Position numbers and translations under genes: made by a program. A DNA stretch of 62,740 bases, the filler included, from Basidiobolus ranarum (taxonomy: Eukaryota): the NCBI GenBank assembly GCA_040143965.1. It is 42 parts of 42 records of this genome, joined end to end, with 100 filler letters (N's around TTAATTAATTAA, not from the genome) between each part and the next. Parts side by side here need not be neighbours in the genome. Positions count along the whole stretch, not along the records: positions 24,017 to 25,414 come from JASJQH010005305.1; positions 25,515 to 26,912 come from JASJQH010005306.1; positions 27,013 to 28,409 come from JASJQH010005307.1; positions 28,510 to 29,906 come from JASJQH010005308.1; positions 30,007 to 31,403 come from JASJQH010005309.1; positions 31,504 to 32,900 come from JASJQH010005310.1; positions 33,001 to 34,396 come from JASJQH010005311.1; positions 34,497 to 35,892 come from JASJQH010005312.1; 34 more parts are not named here. One strand, 5' to 3'. Below the pieces are notes generated by a model, which was not told the origin of the DNA, made no database searches, and was given only the letters and a program-made list of their open reading frames with translations. Positions within the stretch are counted from its first letter, which is position 1. Each line of letters begins with the position of its first letter. This document shows, in pieces, positions 24,686-37,280 of this stretch.

Positions 24686-25414
24686 CTAAGCCTTTGGGCG
24701 ACAAATCATTTGACCAATAGCCAGCTTATTACAATCAATACCTTTGTTACTCTTCAACAGTTTATCGAGGGTTACCTTCCAAGACTTCGCAATCTTATCG
24801 CAAGTATCTCCCGCTTTTACTGGAGACGCTTTCTCACCATTCTGGCAAAGTTGCGGGATACAAATTTGTTGACCAATCGCCAGTAGCTCGCATTTAACCT
24901 TGGGGTTAGCTGTCAAAAGTTTCTCAACACTGATGCCATTATTAGTTGCTATTACGGAGCAAGTATCACCGGACTTGATTGAGTAAGAAGTAGTGCCCGA
25001 AGCACATGCTGTTGGAGGTGTCGCTGTAGGTGTTGGAGATACTGAAGAAGATGGGACCACACTAGGTATGCACACAGCTTCACCTACCATCAATTGCTCA
25101 CATTTCATATTTGGATTAGCGGCTTGAAGATTCTCTACTGATATGTTAAACTTAACGGCTATCGCATAACAAGTATCCCCTGATTGTACTGAATATTGAT
25201 TGGTTCCTTTTTTGCAGCTTTTTGGAGGAGTAGGTGTCGAAGTAGCGGTGGTAGTGGTGGCAGTGGTAATCGTGGGGGTTCCATCTCCAGGACGGCATAT
25301 CAATTGACCAACATATAGACGGTCACAATCAAGGCCTGGATTGCTCTTCTGAAGTTGAGCTAGATTCACCATCCATGATTGAATGTACTTTGTACATGTA
25401 TCACCCGAAATAAC
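24686..25414 (-). CDS. Multi-LysM protein (at least 4 Cys-containing fungal-type LysM domains; 5' truncated)
   Basis: Four repeats of V/I-x-S/A-GDTC...N-P/K...C..L..G..IC separated by Thr/Pro/Ser linkers; open to the contig edge. Confidence 0.93.
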   Translation of the reverse strand, partial: VISGDTCTKYIQSWMVNLAQLQKSNPGLDCDRLYVGQLICRPGDGTPTITTATTTTATSTPTPPKSCKKGTNQYSVQSGDTCYAIAVKFNISVENLQAANPNMKCEQLMVGEAVCIPSVVPSSSVSPTPTATPPTACASGTTSYSIKSGDTCSVIATNNGISVEKLLTANPKVKCELLAIGQQICIPQLCQNGEKASPVKAGDTCDKIAKSWKVTLDKLLKSNKGIDCNKLAIGQMICRPKA

Positions 25415-25514
25415 NNNNNNNNNNNNNNNNNNNNNNNNNNNNNNNNNNNNNNNNNNNNTTAATTAATTAANNNNNNNNNNNNNNNNNNNNNNNNNNNNNN
25501 NNNNNNNNNNNNNN

Positions 25515-26912
25515 TTTAGCCATTATTTCTGAATGTGGAAATGCTGATCTTTGTAATGGTGTGATAAATTTGGTTAGTGGGACAGCAGAGCCCAAACTCA
25601 CTGCCTCCATTGCTTTTCCCTTGGGTTTATTAGACTTCTGCTCCCTGAGTACTTCTTTAGCTGCTTTTCTTTCTTTTTCAAGTCAATAATTGAATACATT
25701 TTTGAGATTTTTCATGAAAAGGCCTATACTAGCCCAATTGCCATTTGCTTGCAAAAACTCAGCATAAGCCATATGAAATAATACAAAAATCTTAGAGTAA
25801 CACCTGGTTTTTGGTATTTCCATGATTTGCTCAAATCCAGGTGTTTTTGGGCAAGATTCTGCACAGTTTCCCTAATGTTAAACCACTCATCATCAGAGCA
25901 AGTGACAACAGCTCTGACATTTAGAGTCTGTTGGTTTGCCAGTTTTGTATATGTTTTTACTGTCATGTACCCAATCATTATTGGGGCTTTGTGTAGGCTC
26001 TACCACCTCACACATATTCTGCTCTGCTAGAGTGTCACAGTGATGATCATATGATTGGTGTGAGATAGATTGAAATCCTATATAAGAATATACAGAGGGG
26101 GCAGCATGTTGCTATAGCTCAAGTACAGCATTCTGAAGGTCTTGTATTGTTGTTGGGCATTATTAGTTTCTGGCAATTTTTGCAAAATACAATTTTTGAA
26201 GGGCAAATTACTAGGTTTGCTGCTGTAGAAATTTGAATTAATGTGCATGCCTGGACGTAGATATTTTGGCTTTGTTTTCCAGCCATAATGAGAATTAAAA
26301 AATACAAGAATCTTGTTGTGTTTAGTCTTGACATATGGACATACTTGACTGATCAGACATAACACAACAACATCAAAATGCTTTACAGCAAACTAAAGGT
26401 GAAAAAATTGCTAAACATCTGAAATTTTGAATAGAATCAACGCTTGGTAAACAGCTGATTCTTGTTACCATTTGCAATGAGAATAAGCTCTTGAATTTTG
26501 GCAAATTTCCATACAGAATTTGGCTAATATATCCCAGACTTGTAGTCAACAAATGTTCTGCCACAAGTAGGTGTGTCACTGCTTGAATAGTTTACCCCAT
26601 GGCCAAAACAATATTACTGCATATCCCAATCTCTCTCACAAAGAAGTCTGTCTTGCAGCTTTTCTAAAAGTACCATTAAAGTGTTATGCACACAAATTAG
26701 TTCAAATCAGAGAGGTACTCACTCTGTGTTCATGGATTGAGCTTGGTTGCTGTTATTGTGCCAAAAAATGCTAAAACCATGAGCACATTCAAAAGAGCCC
26801 TTTGTTGGAAGGTTAATATACTCTGGAGTCTCCTTAACCCATTGCATTACATCCTTCACTGATTTTGCTGATACATTGTAAATCAGATTAGCTTACAGTA
26901 TTACTGACAGTT
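25515..26912 (-). mobile_element. CACTA rearranged fragment: ORF2 middle joined at ~26155 to the transposase 3' region
   Basis: Matches 35230-35860 and 36020-36770. Confidence 0.85.
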
Positions 26913-27012
26913 NNNNNNNNNNNNNNNNNNNNNNNNNNNNNNNNNNNNNNNNNNNNTTAATTAATTAANNNNNNNNNNNNNNNNNNNNNNNNNNNNNNNN
27001 NNNNNNNNNNNN

Positions 27013-28409
27013 TAAGAAAAACTTTATTACAGGTTTAAAGATAGACTGAATCTATGCTGGTATTCAATACATTCCCTGCTGCATCTTTCACAATGCTTAG
27101 AAAATATAGGCCCTTGCTATACATTATGGGAGTTCCCAATAGAGTGCACCTGTGGTGAAATGATGCTCCATATGAAATTGTCATTATTACCATATGCTAG
27201 TTAGATTAACAATGTATCAACAAAATCAGTGATGGATGTAATATGATAGGTTAAGGAGACTCCAAAGTATTTAAACCTGCCAACAAAGGGCTCCTTTCTT
27301 TGTGCTCATGGGTTTTTGCATGGTTTGAGCACAATAACAGCAACAAAGTCCAATTCATGGATACAGAGTTAGTACCTCTTTAATTTGACTAATTTGCTTT
27401 TGAGATAATCTGATGGTATTTTTAGGAAAGTTGCAACACAGACTTCTCAGTGAGATAGATCAAGATATTCAGTATTATTGTTTTATTGTTTTAGTAATGG
27501 GGTAATCTATTCAAGCAATGACACATCTACTTGTGGCAGGACATTTGTTGACTGCAAGTTAGGGATCTATTAGCTGAATTCCTTACAGAAATTTGCCAAA
27601 ATCCAGGAGCTTCCACTCATTGTGAACTGTAACAAGAGTCAGCTATTTGCCAACTGTCAGTACTATTCAAAGGCCAGATGTTTAGCAATTTTTCTACCAT
27701 TAGTTTGCTGGTTAAGCACATTGATGTTGTTGAGTTATGTCTGAACAGTCAAGTATGTGCATATGTAGAGACTAAACACAACAAGATGCTTGTATTTTTT
27801 GATTCTTGTTATGGCTGAAAAACAAAGCCAAAAATATCTAAATAAAGGCTTGCATATTAAATCAAATTTCTACAGCAGTAAATCCAGTAATTTGCCATTT
27901 AAAACTTATATATTTTCAATCATTGCCAAATATGAGGATTAATGTTTTAACATGTATGATTACCATCAAGAAACTGCCATCATACCATCAAAATCCTGAC
28001 AGAATGCAAGCCTCCAATATTGTGACAGTTCTATGATGGTTTTGCTTTTTCAGGGGGTGGATCCAATCAGGATCATATTGATTTTATTTTTGTTAGGGGA
28101 ACTTTATGGTGAGTTTTTTGGTATTGGAGCAATGATCTATAATTGGGTAATTATGTCAAAACTTCAAGATGGGGAATCAATTGTATGTAAGCCAAATGTG
28201 AATGGTATTTACCAGATTCAGTGATCGCCATTTGTTTGCAAACAGTACATGACTTCAGATTTTTCAGATCACTGGTGAAAGCCAAACAACCATTTGATGT
28301 GAAGGTAGTTTAATTACAGAAGGATTCTAAGTCATACAATTGACAAGTGTTTTCCACTTGTACTGGGTTTGCGGCAAGCAACAGTTGCCAACTAACTATG
28401 GTAAAAGTG
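27013..28409 (+). mobile_element. CACTA transposase 3' half and right TIR (ends 28098), nested in another copy's N-terminal region (minus)
   Basis: Colinear with 50370-50824 and 35993-36960; TTTTTGTTAGGG terminus. Confidence 0.9.
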
Positions 28410-28509
28410 NNNNNNNNNNNNNNNNNNNNNNNNNNNNNNNNNNNNNNNNNNNNTTAATTAATTAANNNNNNNNNNNNNNNNNNNNNNNNNNNNNNNNNNN
28501 NNNNNNNNN

Positions 28510-29906
28510 AAACAAGAAGGTTTATACGGGAGATGACTGGCAACTAGAAGCTCTGGGAGTGGGGGAAATTGAAGTGGATCTTGGGGGCATCTCTGGGGAC
28601 ATGTGTTTGACACTGAAAAATGTGCTATATGTGCCTGGGATAGCAAAACATTTGTTAACAGTGAGTAAAGCTACATCTGAGGGACATAGCTTTAATAACA
28701 TTAGAAATTTAATCAAAAACAAGATGGTTTTGGGACTAAATGTTGTAATTCCACCGGATCTGGAGCTATGTGAAGATTGACTATATGGTAGGCAACACAG
28801 AGAGCCATTTGTGGGCTCTGGAATGAGCAAAATGAATCAAAAATTGGTCCTGATACACTCAGATCTGTGTGGCCCAATGCAGACAAAATCCTTTGGGGGA
28901 AAAAGGAATTTTATGACCTTAATTGATGATAAGTCAAAGTATACTTGGGTGTACTTTCAGGCCTGTAAGGATGAAACCTTTGATACCTTCAAGAAGTCCA
29001 AAGCAGTGGTGGAGACTTAAACAGGTCCTAAGATTTAGATTATCTGTACTGATAATGGAGGCAAATATACCTCAAAACTCTTCTCTAACTTCTGCTCAAT
29101 ACATGGGATAAAACAGCAGAATACAGTGCCATGTTCTCCATAGCAGAATGGAGTAGCAGAATGTGCAAACCGATCAATAATTCAAAATGCAAGATCAATG
29201 CTTCATGTTCAAAATTACCAAAACATTTCTGGGCTGAATTGGTTGCAACTGCAGTATATGTTAGGATTAGATGTCCTTCTAGGTCTCTATTGACTATGAC
29301 ACCTTATAAAGCTTGGTTTGGAGCTAAACCAGATGTGGCTAATCTCAGAGTTTTTGGATGTGCTGCACATGCAATGATTGCAGACAAGAAGATATCAAAA
29401 TTAGACCAAAAAAGCCAGAAATGTCTTTTTTTGGGTTATTATGATAGGACAAAAGGGTACAGACTGTATGACACTAAAAATAAAAAGCTGATCAATTCAA
29501 GAGACATGTAATTTGCTGAAGAAGAAAATCTTCAATCAAAATAATCCAGGATCAAGAAAAACAACCAAAAATTGATGAAATTCTTCAATTTCTCACCAGA
29601 TCCTTCTCAATGAAAATAACATTGAAACTTCCTCACCTATAGTCTCCTCAACTAAGCCTGAGGTGGTTTCATTGCCTAAATTGGTACCAGAAGCTATAGT
29701 GCCAATTTCCCATCTTAGGAGATACATTTGGATGAGATCTCCACCTGATTACTAATCTCTCACTGGCTAAAAGGAGCCTAGTACTAATTTAGCCTTTTCT
29801 GATGAGCCCAAATAGGTACAGGAGGCTATGGAGAGTCCCAACACAAAATTTTGCAGTGCTGCAATGGCAGAGGAGTATCAGTCTCTCAGAGAAAACCAAC
29901 ACAGAC
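28510..29906 (+). mobile_element. Ty1/Copia protease-integrase, degenerate
   Basis: IHSDLCGPM, TLIDDKSKYTWVYF, TDNGG, FWAELVATAVY, GYRLYD. Confidence 0.93.
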
Positions 29907-30006
29907 NNNNNNNNNNNNNNNNNNNNNNNNNNNNNNNNNNNNNNNNNNNNTTAATTAATTAANNNNNNNNNNNNNNNNNNNNNNNNNNNNNNNNNNNNNN
30001 NNNNNN

Positions 30007-30391
30007 AGTTAGGCAAAGTAGTCAAAATCTTGATCAATTCTCAATACATTCATACTCAAAGATATCCATTGAGTGCTCTGGACTTAAGACACTATGAATC
30101 AAGCTTTTCTCATCTTTTGAATGTGCAATAAATCTTAATCAGTTCTTAGTACATGCATACTCAAAGTTTTCCATTGAGATCTCTAGATATAAGACACTAT
30201 GAACAAAGCTTTCATCATCTTATGAATGTGCAATAATGTCTAAAAGCACTTTTGCTCAATACACCTCATAAGTAAACCCACAGTTTCTGAGTTGGTATTT
30301 AACATAATGCCAGATAGTGCCCAATCTTGCCAATTTGTGGCGGCATACTTTTTAGCTGGCCTGATCTGGCTCAATAAAATGGAACAAGTCT
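30007..30391 (+). mobile_element. PIF/Harbinger-ISL2EU-type element 3' end with TIR
   Basis: Matches 55800-56081; ends ATGGAACAAGTCT followed by AAT. Confidence 0.87.
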
Positions 30392-30419
30392 AATACAAAG
30401 CCTGAAATATCTAAATAAA

Positions 30420-31403
30420 GCCACAACTTATAATTCCATATAGTGTAAAACAAAATGGAGTTGCAGAAAGGATGATTAGGACTTTGCTGTAGAAAGCATG
30501 TACAAAGATGATAGATTTAGTTTTGCTTAAGACCTATTGGGGTGAAGTCATTTTGACAGCCACATATCTCTAAAATAGAAGTCCAACACATAGCAACCAT
30601 GACTCTGATACTCATATTGAAATCTGAACTGGAAACAGGCCCAATCTGAATTATCACCAAATATTTGGCTCAACTATTAATGCTCATATTCCTTAATCTC
30701 AGCATAGGATATTGGACAAAGAAGTAATTAAATGTATCTTATTAGGATATCATAATAAAGCCTTTTGTCTCCAAATTGCTAGCACAATTCAGACCATCAA
30801 CTCCAGAGATACTTTGTTTGTTGAAGACAATCTCAAACCTTCTAATCAAGAGAATTTGAGTTTAGCTGAAAGTAAATTTCTCAATAACACAAATTCTGAG
30901 TTAACAAGTTGTGAAACCAATCCTGAGCTTATAAGAACTGAAAGCATCCAGGTTACCTTACATGGAAGTCATCTTCTTTTGACCATAAAAAAAAATTGAT
31001 TTGATCCAGATTGGATCCACCTTTCTGGATTGCAACACCATCAGACAACCATCACAATATTAGTGGATTAAATTCTGCCAGGAATTTTGATGGCAAGACA
31101 GTTGCTTCTTGATGGTATTTTGATTGTATTTGTATAAGCTTAAATATTGATCCTTATATTTGCCATGTGCTATTTAATTTTCAAAAATGTTTGCAAAAAA
31201 TTAAAATGGTAAATTACTGAGTTGACTGCAAGAGAAATTCATATTAATATGCATGCGTTTATATGGATATTTAGGCTTTGTAATCCAGCCATAATAAGAA
31301 TCAAAAAGTACAAGAGTCTTGTTGTGTTTAGTCTCTACATATGCATATACATGATTGATCAGACATAACTCAACAACATCTATATGTTATAACAGTAGAC
31401 TAT
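30420..31403. mobile_element. Copia integrase fragment (+, 30420-30980) and decayed CACTA right end (-, 30981-31403)
   Basis: QNGVAERM, YWGEVILTA; same family as 41400-41872; CACTA 3' region match. Confidence 0.8.
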
Positions 31404-31503
31404 NNNNNNNNNNNNNNNNNNNNNNNNNNNNNNNNNNNNNNNNNNNNTTAATTAATTAANNNNNNNNNNNNNNNNNNNNNNNNNNNNNNNNNNNNNNNNN
31501 NNN

Positions 31504-31701
31504 GGAAAAGCCAGAAGAGCTGAAGGTAATGCTGAATACAAGAAAGCCCAAGCTGAGGGTTACGCTCAAGGTGCTGGTGAGAAGCTTAAGGGCAATGTCA
31601 AGAACACAGTTGGCAGTGCTGTTGGAAACGAACAAATGGAAGCCGAGGGCATAGCTGGCCGTGTCAAAGGCGACGCACGCATGGAAGCCAATTCCAATTA
31701 A
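31504..31701 (+). CDS. CsbD-like / HMP1-like small hydrophilic stress protein, copy 1 (5' truncated; not in ORF track)
   Basis: GKARRAEGNAEYKKAQAEG...MEANSN*, 63/65 aa identical to 32382-32672. Confidence 0.9.
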   Translation, partial: GKARRAEGNAEYKKAQAEGYAQGAGEKLKGNVKNTVGSAVGNEQMEAEGIAGRVKGDARMEANSN

Positions 31702-32381
31702 TTAGTGACTTCGATGTCACATTGTAAATAAACAGAACGCCATATGAAAAATTCAAACTAATCTCATTTAATTGAATATTTGTTCTTTAAGTGGTTGACT
31801 TAAGGGCCATTACTTGAATTTTCACTGGGGTTGAGCTAGTATCTAGAAGAAAATATCCCTAAAAATATGCAAGAGTTATCTTCGTACCTTCAAGAGGGGA
31901 GAATAGCATTCACAACTACCGCCTCGACGGTCATTATCGCAGATTGCTTTACTTGTCCTTTCAGGATGCCATATTTCCTTAACTATGTGAACAACGTTTG
32001 AAGAATCTCTTGTTTTATGCCATCGTGAAAGGTCAGTATTGTCAACAAAAATACATGACAAATAATCTATTCACTGGACCTTACTTTAAGTAGTTTCAAA
32101 TTTATATTTTGGCTAAACATTAGTCAGAAACGGTTGGCACATCTTCAAACAATGATTTCAATCTTGTCCTGAAAGGTCAGCAACGTCAGTATGCGATCAT
32201 GTAAAATACAAGCTGCACAAAGTGTAATGCTCTATTTTGCGGTTATCTGCTTTTTGCATTATTAATAGCTGAGACTGTATTAATATCAGTATATATATTA
32301 GTGCTTGTATACATTATAAGGTAAGCAATTCGAGTTAATCAGTGTGTTCAATTTATTTACAATTATTGACTGGCTCTCCAA

Positions 32382-32672
32382 CTAGTTGGAATTGGCCTCC
32401 ATACGAGCGTCGCCTTTGACACGGCCAGCTTTTCCCTCAGCTTCCATTTGTTCATTTCCGACAGCACTGCCAACTGTGTTCTTAACGTTTCCCTTTATTT
32501 TCTCACCAGCACCTTGAGCGTAACCTTCAGCTTGTGCTTTCTTATATTCGGCATTTCCTTCGGCTCTTCTAGCCTTTCCTTCAGCTTGCATCTGCTCGTT
32601 ACCGAAAGCACTGCCGACATTCTCCTTGACGGCTCCGGAGGTTGACTTGACGTTAGCGTTGAATTTATCCAT
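32382..32672 (-). CDS. CsbD-like / HMP1-like small hydrophilic stress protein, copy 2 (96 aa, complete)
   Basis: Two CsbD-type repeats G.VKE.VG...GNEQM.AEG; upstream TATAAATA. Confidence 0.9.
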   Translation of the reverse strand: MDKFNANVKSTSGAVKENVGSAFGNEQMQAEGKARRAEGNAEYKKAQAEGYAQGAGEKIKGNVKNTVGSAVGNEQMEAEGKAGRVKGDARMEANSN

Positions 32673-32761
32673 TTTGATTGTTAGTAGATTTTTGAAGTGT
32701 GAAGTTAGTTGCTGAGGATGGGATCGTTGATATGATTGTAAAGCTCTTGCGCACCTATCTA

Positions 32762-32845
32762 TATTTATATGAATACTTCAATCCAAATAATTTTTGTGAC
32801 GTTATAATGAAATTAACCTCATATAGTGATTTTGTTCTGACGTCG
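32762..32845 (-). promoter_or_regulatory. TATA box and two CRE-like TGACGT sites upstream of the CsbD-like gene
   Basis: TATAAATA (32762-32769, minus), TGACGTTA at 32797, TGACGTCG at 32838; function inferred only. Confidence 0.4.
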
Positions 32846-33000
32846 ATTTACATGTGATATTCCAGTCATTATTAGAGTATATATAGATGTGAACAAATGA
32901 NNNNNNNNNNNNNNNNNNNNNNNNNNNNNNNNNNNNNNNNNNNNTTAATTAATTAANNNNNNNNNNNNNNNNNNNNNNNNNNNNNNNNNNNNNNNNNNNN

Positions 33001-33849
33001 AGTAGCAGAGTATTCCAGAACTATATCTACAGTTCCTCTGAAATACCTGAAAATTTGTTTTACTGCTGCTTTGTGCTCAGATCCTGGATTTTTGAAATAT
33101 TGGCTGACAGTCCCCCCTTCCACAGCAATGTCTGGATATGTTCCAACCATTGTATACATTATACTACCCACCATGGATTGATAAGGGAACTCCTGGCTTT
33201 GGCTTGAGTCATTTTGGGTCAAATTGGATGAAATTTTGATTCATTTCACATTGGTATCCATTGATGTCGACACAGGCTTGCTATTCTCCATGTTGAAGCA
33301 TTTTAGGATATCTAGGATGTATCAAGACTGATTCAGCATGATTTTCTGATTGGGTTTATCTCTCTTGATATGGATTCTAAGAAAATAACTTAATTCACCC
33401 ATATCAGTCATCTGATATTGGTTTGATAAGCTGCTTTTTGTCTGATTAAGTGCTTCTAGATCATTTGTGGCTATGATCAAGTCATCCACATATAGTGCAA
33501 AGATAAGGATCCTATTTCCAGTTGCTTTGATGAAATACTGAGCTCCACTGTGCATTTTTGGAACTCTAGTGCTTCCAAATAGGTATGTATCTTGTTCTAC
33601 CATGCCCTGGGAGCTTGCTTGAGTCCATATAGTGTTTTTTGCAATTTACAGACCATATCAAGATGTTGTGGGTCAATCAAGCCATCCAGTAGCTCCATAT
33701 AGATATCTTCTTCTAGATTTCCATTCAGAAAGGCTGTTTTAACATTGGAGCAAAAGTTTCTTGAAAATCAACTCCTGGTGTCTGGGAATAACCTTTTGCA
33801 CTTAAAACCCATGTTTTGATGTCCTGAAGTGAAGAAAACTCTTCAGACA
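33001..33849 (-). mobile_element. Ty1/Copia reverse transcriptase, degenerate
   Basis: [37 protein letters not shown]. Confidence 0.93.
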
Positions 33850-34396
33850 CCCTAACAAAAATAAAATTGATTTGATCCGGATTGGATCCACCTTCCAAAA
33901 GAGCAAAACCATCAGAGAACCATCACAAGATTGGTGGCTTGCATTCTGCCATGGATTTTGATGGTGTGACAGTGGTTTCTTGATGATGTTGTTATGGTAT
34001 TCATACATGTTTAAATATTGATCCTCAAATTTGGCATGCATTATTCAACATCTGGCAATTTTTACAAAAATATAATTTTTGAATGGCAAATTGATGGGTT
34101 TACTGCTGTAGGAATTTGAATTAATATGCATGCCTTTATTTAGATATTTCAGGCTTTGTGTTCCAGTCATAATGAGAATCAAAAAATACAAGAATCTTAT
34201 TGTGTTTAGTCTCTACATTTGCACATACTTGACTGATTAGACATAGCTCAACAACATCAATATGCTTTACCAGCACACTAATGGTAGAAAATTGCTAAAC
34301 ATCTGAAATTTTGAATAGCACTGACAATTGGCAAAGAGCTGACTCTTGTTACCAATCACAATGAGAATAAGCTCTTGGATTTTGGCCAATATCCAT
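33850..34396 (-). mobile_element. CACTA right end with TIR
   Basis: CCCTAACAAAAATAAAATTG at 33850. Confidence 0.9.
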
Positions 34397-34496
34397 NNNN
34401 NNNNNNNNNNNNNNNNNNNNNNNNNNNNNNNNNNNNNNNNTTAATTAATTAANNNNNNNNNNNNNNNNNNNNNNNNNNNNNNNNNNNNNNNNNNNN

Positions 34497-34683
34497 AGAT
34501 ATTCAGGAGTTTGTGTAATAAGATATAATAGATAAGTGGGGGTAATAAGACATACTTGTTATATAGATATAGAGATATTCCTATTTAGAATATAGGGGCT
34601 ATGGATATGTTGCTTTCTGTTTCTGATATATGTATTGTAACTAAAGTTAACTATGATGTTCAATAAAGATTAATTATCCAACA
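34497..34683 (+). repeat. LTR family C 3' end
   Basis: Matches 22518-22698. Confidence 0.75.
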
Positions 34684-34699
34684 CCATCTGAAAATTTCA

Positions 34700-35892
34700 A
34701 TGCCTTTCAAAAAGTATTTAAAATCTACATCAAAATTGGCTTCCAAGTCAAAGCCCACTGGCACAAAAGGAAAAAAACCAGCAGGAACAGAGGACTTAAT
34801 TGATGAACAGTCTGGCAATCCACTATCCATGTTGGAAGGCAATATCATGCTGGAAACTAGCCCAAGTAATGATGAAGCATTAATCAATTTACTGGATGTG
34901 TTCCTTCCCTGCAGTAGTGCAAGTAAAGAGATTGTAATCCCTTGATTATGTAGTACATCAATAGTTGAGCAAATTGCTACTGAAAACCATCAAGACTATC
35001 AACTTCAAAAATGGCTACTTTGCTCACTATTGAACTACCCTCTGCAGAAAATTTGGATAGAATTAATAAAACAAGGGAATTGCAGGCAGAACACCATAAT
35101 AATTTGTGTGTGATCATAAGTAAAAACTACAAAGTTGCTATATAGGCAATGCCAAGTATCAATGACACAATATTGCAATTAATGCAGTGCTTGGAAGCAA
35201 CTCATCAACAGTTAGAAAGTCACCCAACATTGATACAAGACCTTCAGAATGCTGTACTTGAGCTATAGCCACATGCTGCTCCCTCTGTCCATTCTTATAG
35301 GGGATTTCAATCAATCCCACACCATACATATGAATGTCACCAAGAAAATCTAACAGAGCAGAATACGTGTTGGATCATTAAGCCTACACAACAACCTGAA
35401 ATTGCTGGGGCACATGAAAGTTGAAATCTGTTAGGAAAACTGGCAAACCAAAAGACTCTGAATGTCAGAGCTGCCATCACCTGATCTGATGATGAGTGGT
35501 TTAACATTTTTGAAACTGTGTGGAATCTTTCCCAAACTCACCTAGATTTGAGCCAATCATGGAAAAACCAAAATCAGGCATTACTTCTAAGGTTGTTGAC
35601 TTATTTCATGTTACTTATCCTGGGTTTTTGCTACCAAAAGGCAATCGGGCTAGTATAGGCCTATTCATGAAACAGCTCAAATATAGGCACAATTATTGAC
35701 TTAGAAACAACAGAAAAGCAGCTTTTGAAGTACTCAAGAAGCAGGAAGTTAGTAAACCCATGGGAAAAGCAAAGGAGCCAGTGAGTTCAGGCTCTACTGT
35801 CCCACTTACCAAATTCTTCACACTACTACAAAGATCTGCATTTCCAGAGTCAGATATGCCAGCAAAAAAGCTTAATTTCACCATGGAACCAG
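34700..35892 (+). pseudogene. CACTA ORF2 (accessory protein), N-terminal ~400 codons, degenerate
   Basis: MPFKKYLKSTSKLASKSKP...; single frame broken by CpG-type stops; end overlaps 38984-39229, which overlaps 16400-16420. Confidence 0.75.
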
Positions 35893-35992
35893 NNNNNNNN
35901 NNNNNNNNNNNNNNNNNNNNNNNNNNNNNNNNNNNNTTAATTAATTAANNNNNNNNNNNNNNNNNNNNNNNNNNNNNNNNNNNNNNNNNNNN

Positions 35993-36960
35993 GTGAAATG
36001 ATGCTGCATGTGAAATTGTCAGTATTACTGTATGCTAATCTTATTAACAATGTATCAGCAAAATCAGTGATGGATGTAATGTGATGGGTTAAGAAGACTC
36101 CAGAGTATATTAACATGCCAAGAAAGGGCTCTTTTTAATGTGCTCACAGGTTTTTGCATTGTTTGAGCACAATAACAGCAATAAAGCCCAAATCATGGAC
36201 ACAGAGTAAGTATCTCTATAATTGGACTAATTTGCTTGTGTGCTAATCTGACGGTTTATTAAGAAAGCCGCAAGACAGACTTCTTGTGGCAATAGATCAA
36301 CATACACAGTACTATTGTTTTAGCCATGCAGTAATCTATTCAAGCAATGATGCATCTGCTGGTGTCAGGACATTTGTTGACTGCAAGTCAGGAATATATA
36401 TTTGCTGAATATTTACAGGAATTTGCCAAAATTCAAGAGCTTATTCTCATTGTGAATGGTAACAAGAGTCAGCTATTTGCTAAATGTCAGTGCTATTCAA
36501 AATTTCAGATGTTTAGCAATTTTTTGACCATTAGTTTGCTGGTAAAGCACATGGATGTTGTTGAGTTATGTCTCATCAGTCAAGTATGTGCATATGTAGA
36601 GACTAAACACAACAAGATTCTTGTATTTTTTGATTCTCATTATGGCTGGAATGTAAAGCCTAAAATAACTAAATAAAGGCATGCACATTGATTCAAATAA
36701 CTACAGCAGTAAACCCAGTAATTTGCAATTCTAAAATTATATTTTGCAAAAATTGCCGGAAATTAATAACTCATGCCAAATATGTGGATCAATATTTTAA
36801 AATGTATGAATATCATTGTAATACCATCAAGAAACTGCAATCGCACCATCAAGATCCCTGGCAGAATGCAAACCACCAATATTTTAACAGTTCTCTGATG
36901 GTTTTGTAATTTAGAAGGGCAGATCCAATCCAGATCAAATCAATTTTATTTTTGTTAGGG
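35993..36960 (+). mobile_element. CACTA transposase 3' region and right TIR
   Basis: Ends TTTATTTTTGTTAGGG at 36960. Confidence 0.92.
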
Positions 36961-37280
36961 ATTCACTAATGCCTATTCCTGCTCTTAACTTCTCAAAGCT
37001 TGAAGTTTTGAGTGGTTTTGTTAGTATATCTGCAAGCATGTTTTCAGTATTACAATAAATAAAGTTCACTTCTTTGTCTTGAACTTTCTCTTGTATAAAA
37101 TGATGTCTTATGTCAATATGTTTCATCCTTGAGTGATGCTCAGGATTCTTGGTGATCTGAATACAACTAATATTATCTTGATATATTGGGGTAGGATTAA
37201 CTTGATCATATCCTAGTTCCTTGAGAAGACTCCTTAGCCATATAGCTTCTTGAACAGCCATAGAGCTTGCCATATATTCT
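36961..37280 (-). mobile_element. Ty1/Copia RNase H fragment sandwiched between two CACTA ends
   Basis: EAIWLRSLL, YQDNISCI, KHIDIRHHF, ADILTKPL. Confidence 0.93.

Noticed and set aside
11253-25414. Apparent chitin-modification gene cluster (LPMO, deacetylase, LysM)
   Set aside because: The genes lie on separate contigs joined artificially; there is no linkage evidence.
36961-37280. Composite transposon capturing a Copia RNase H between two CACTA ends
   Set aside because: The ends face outward from the fragment (right end, then left end), differ in CpG age and share no TSD: two independent insertions.
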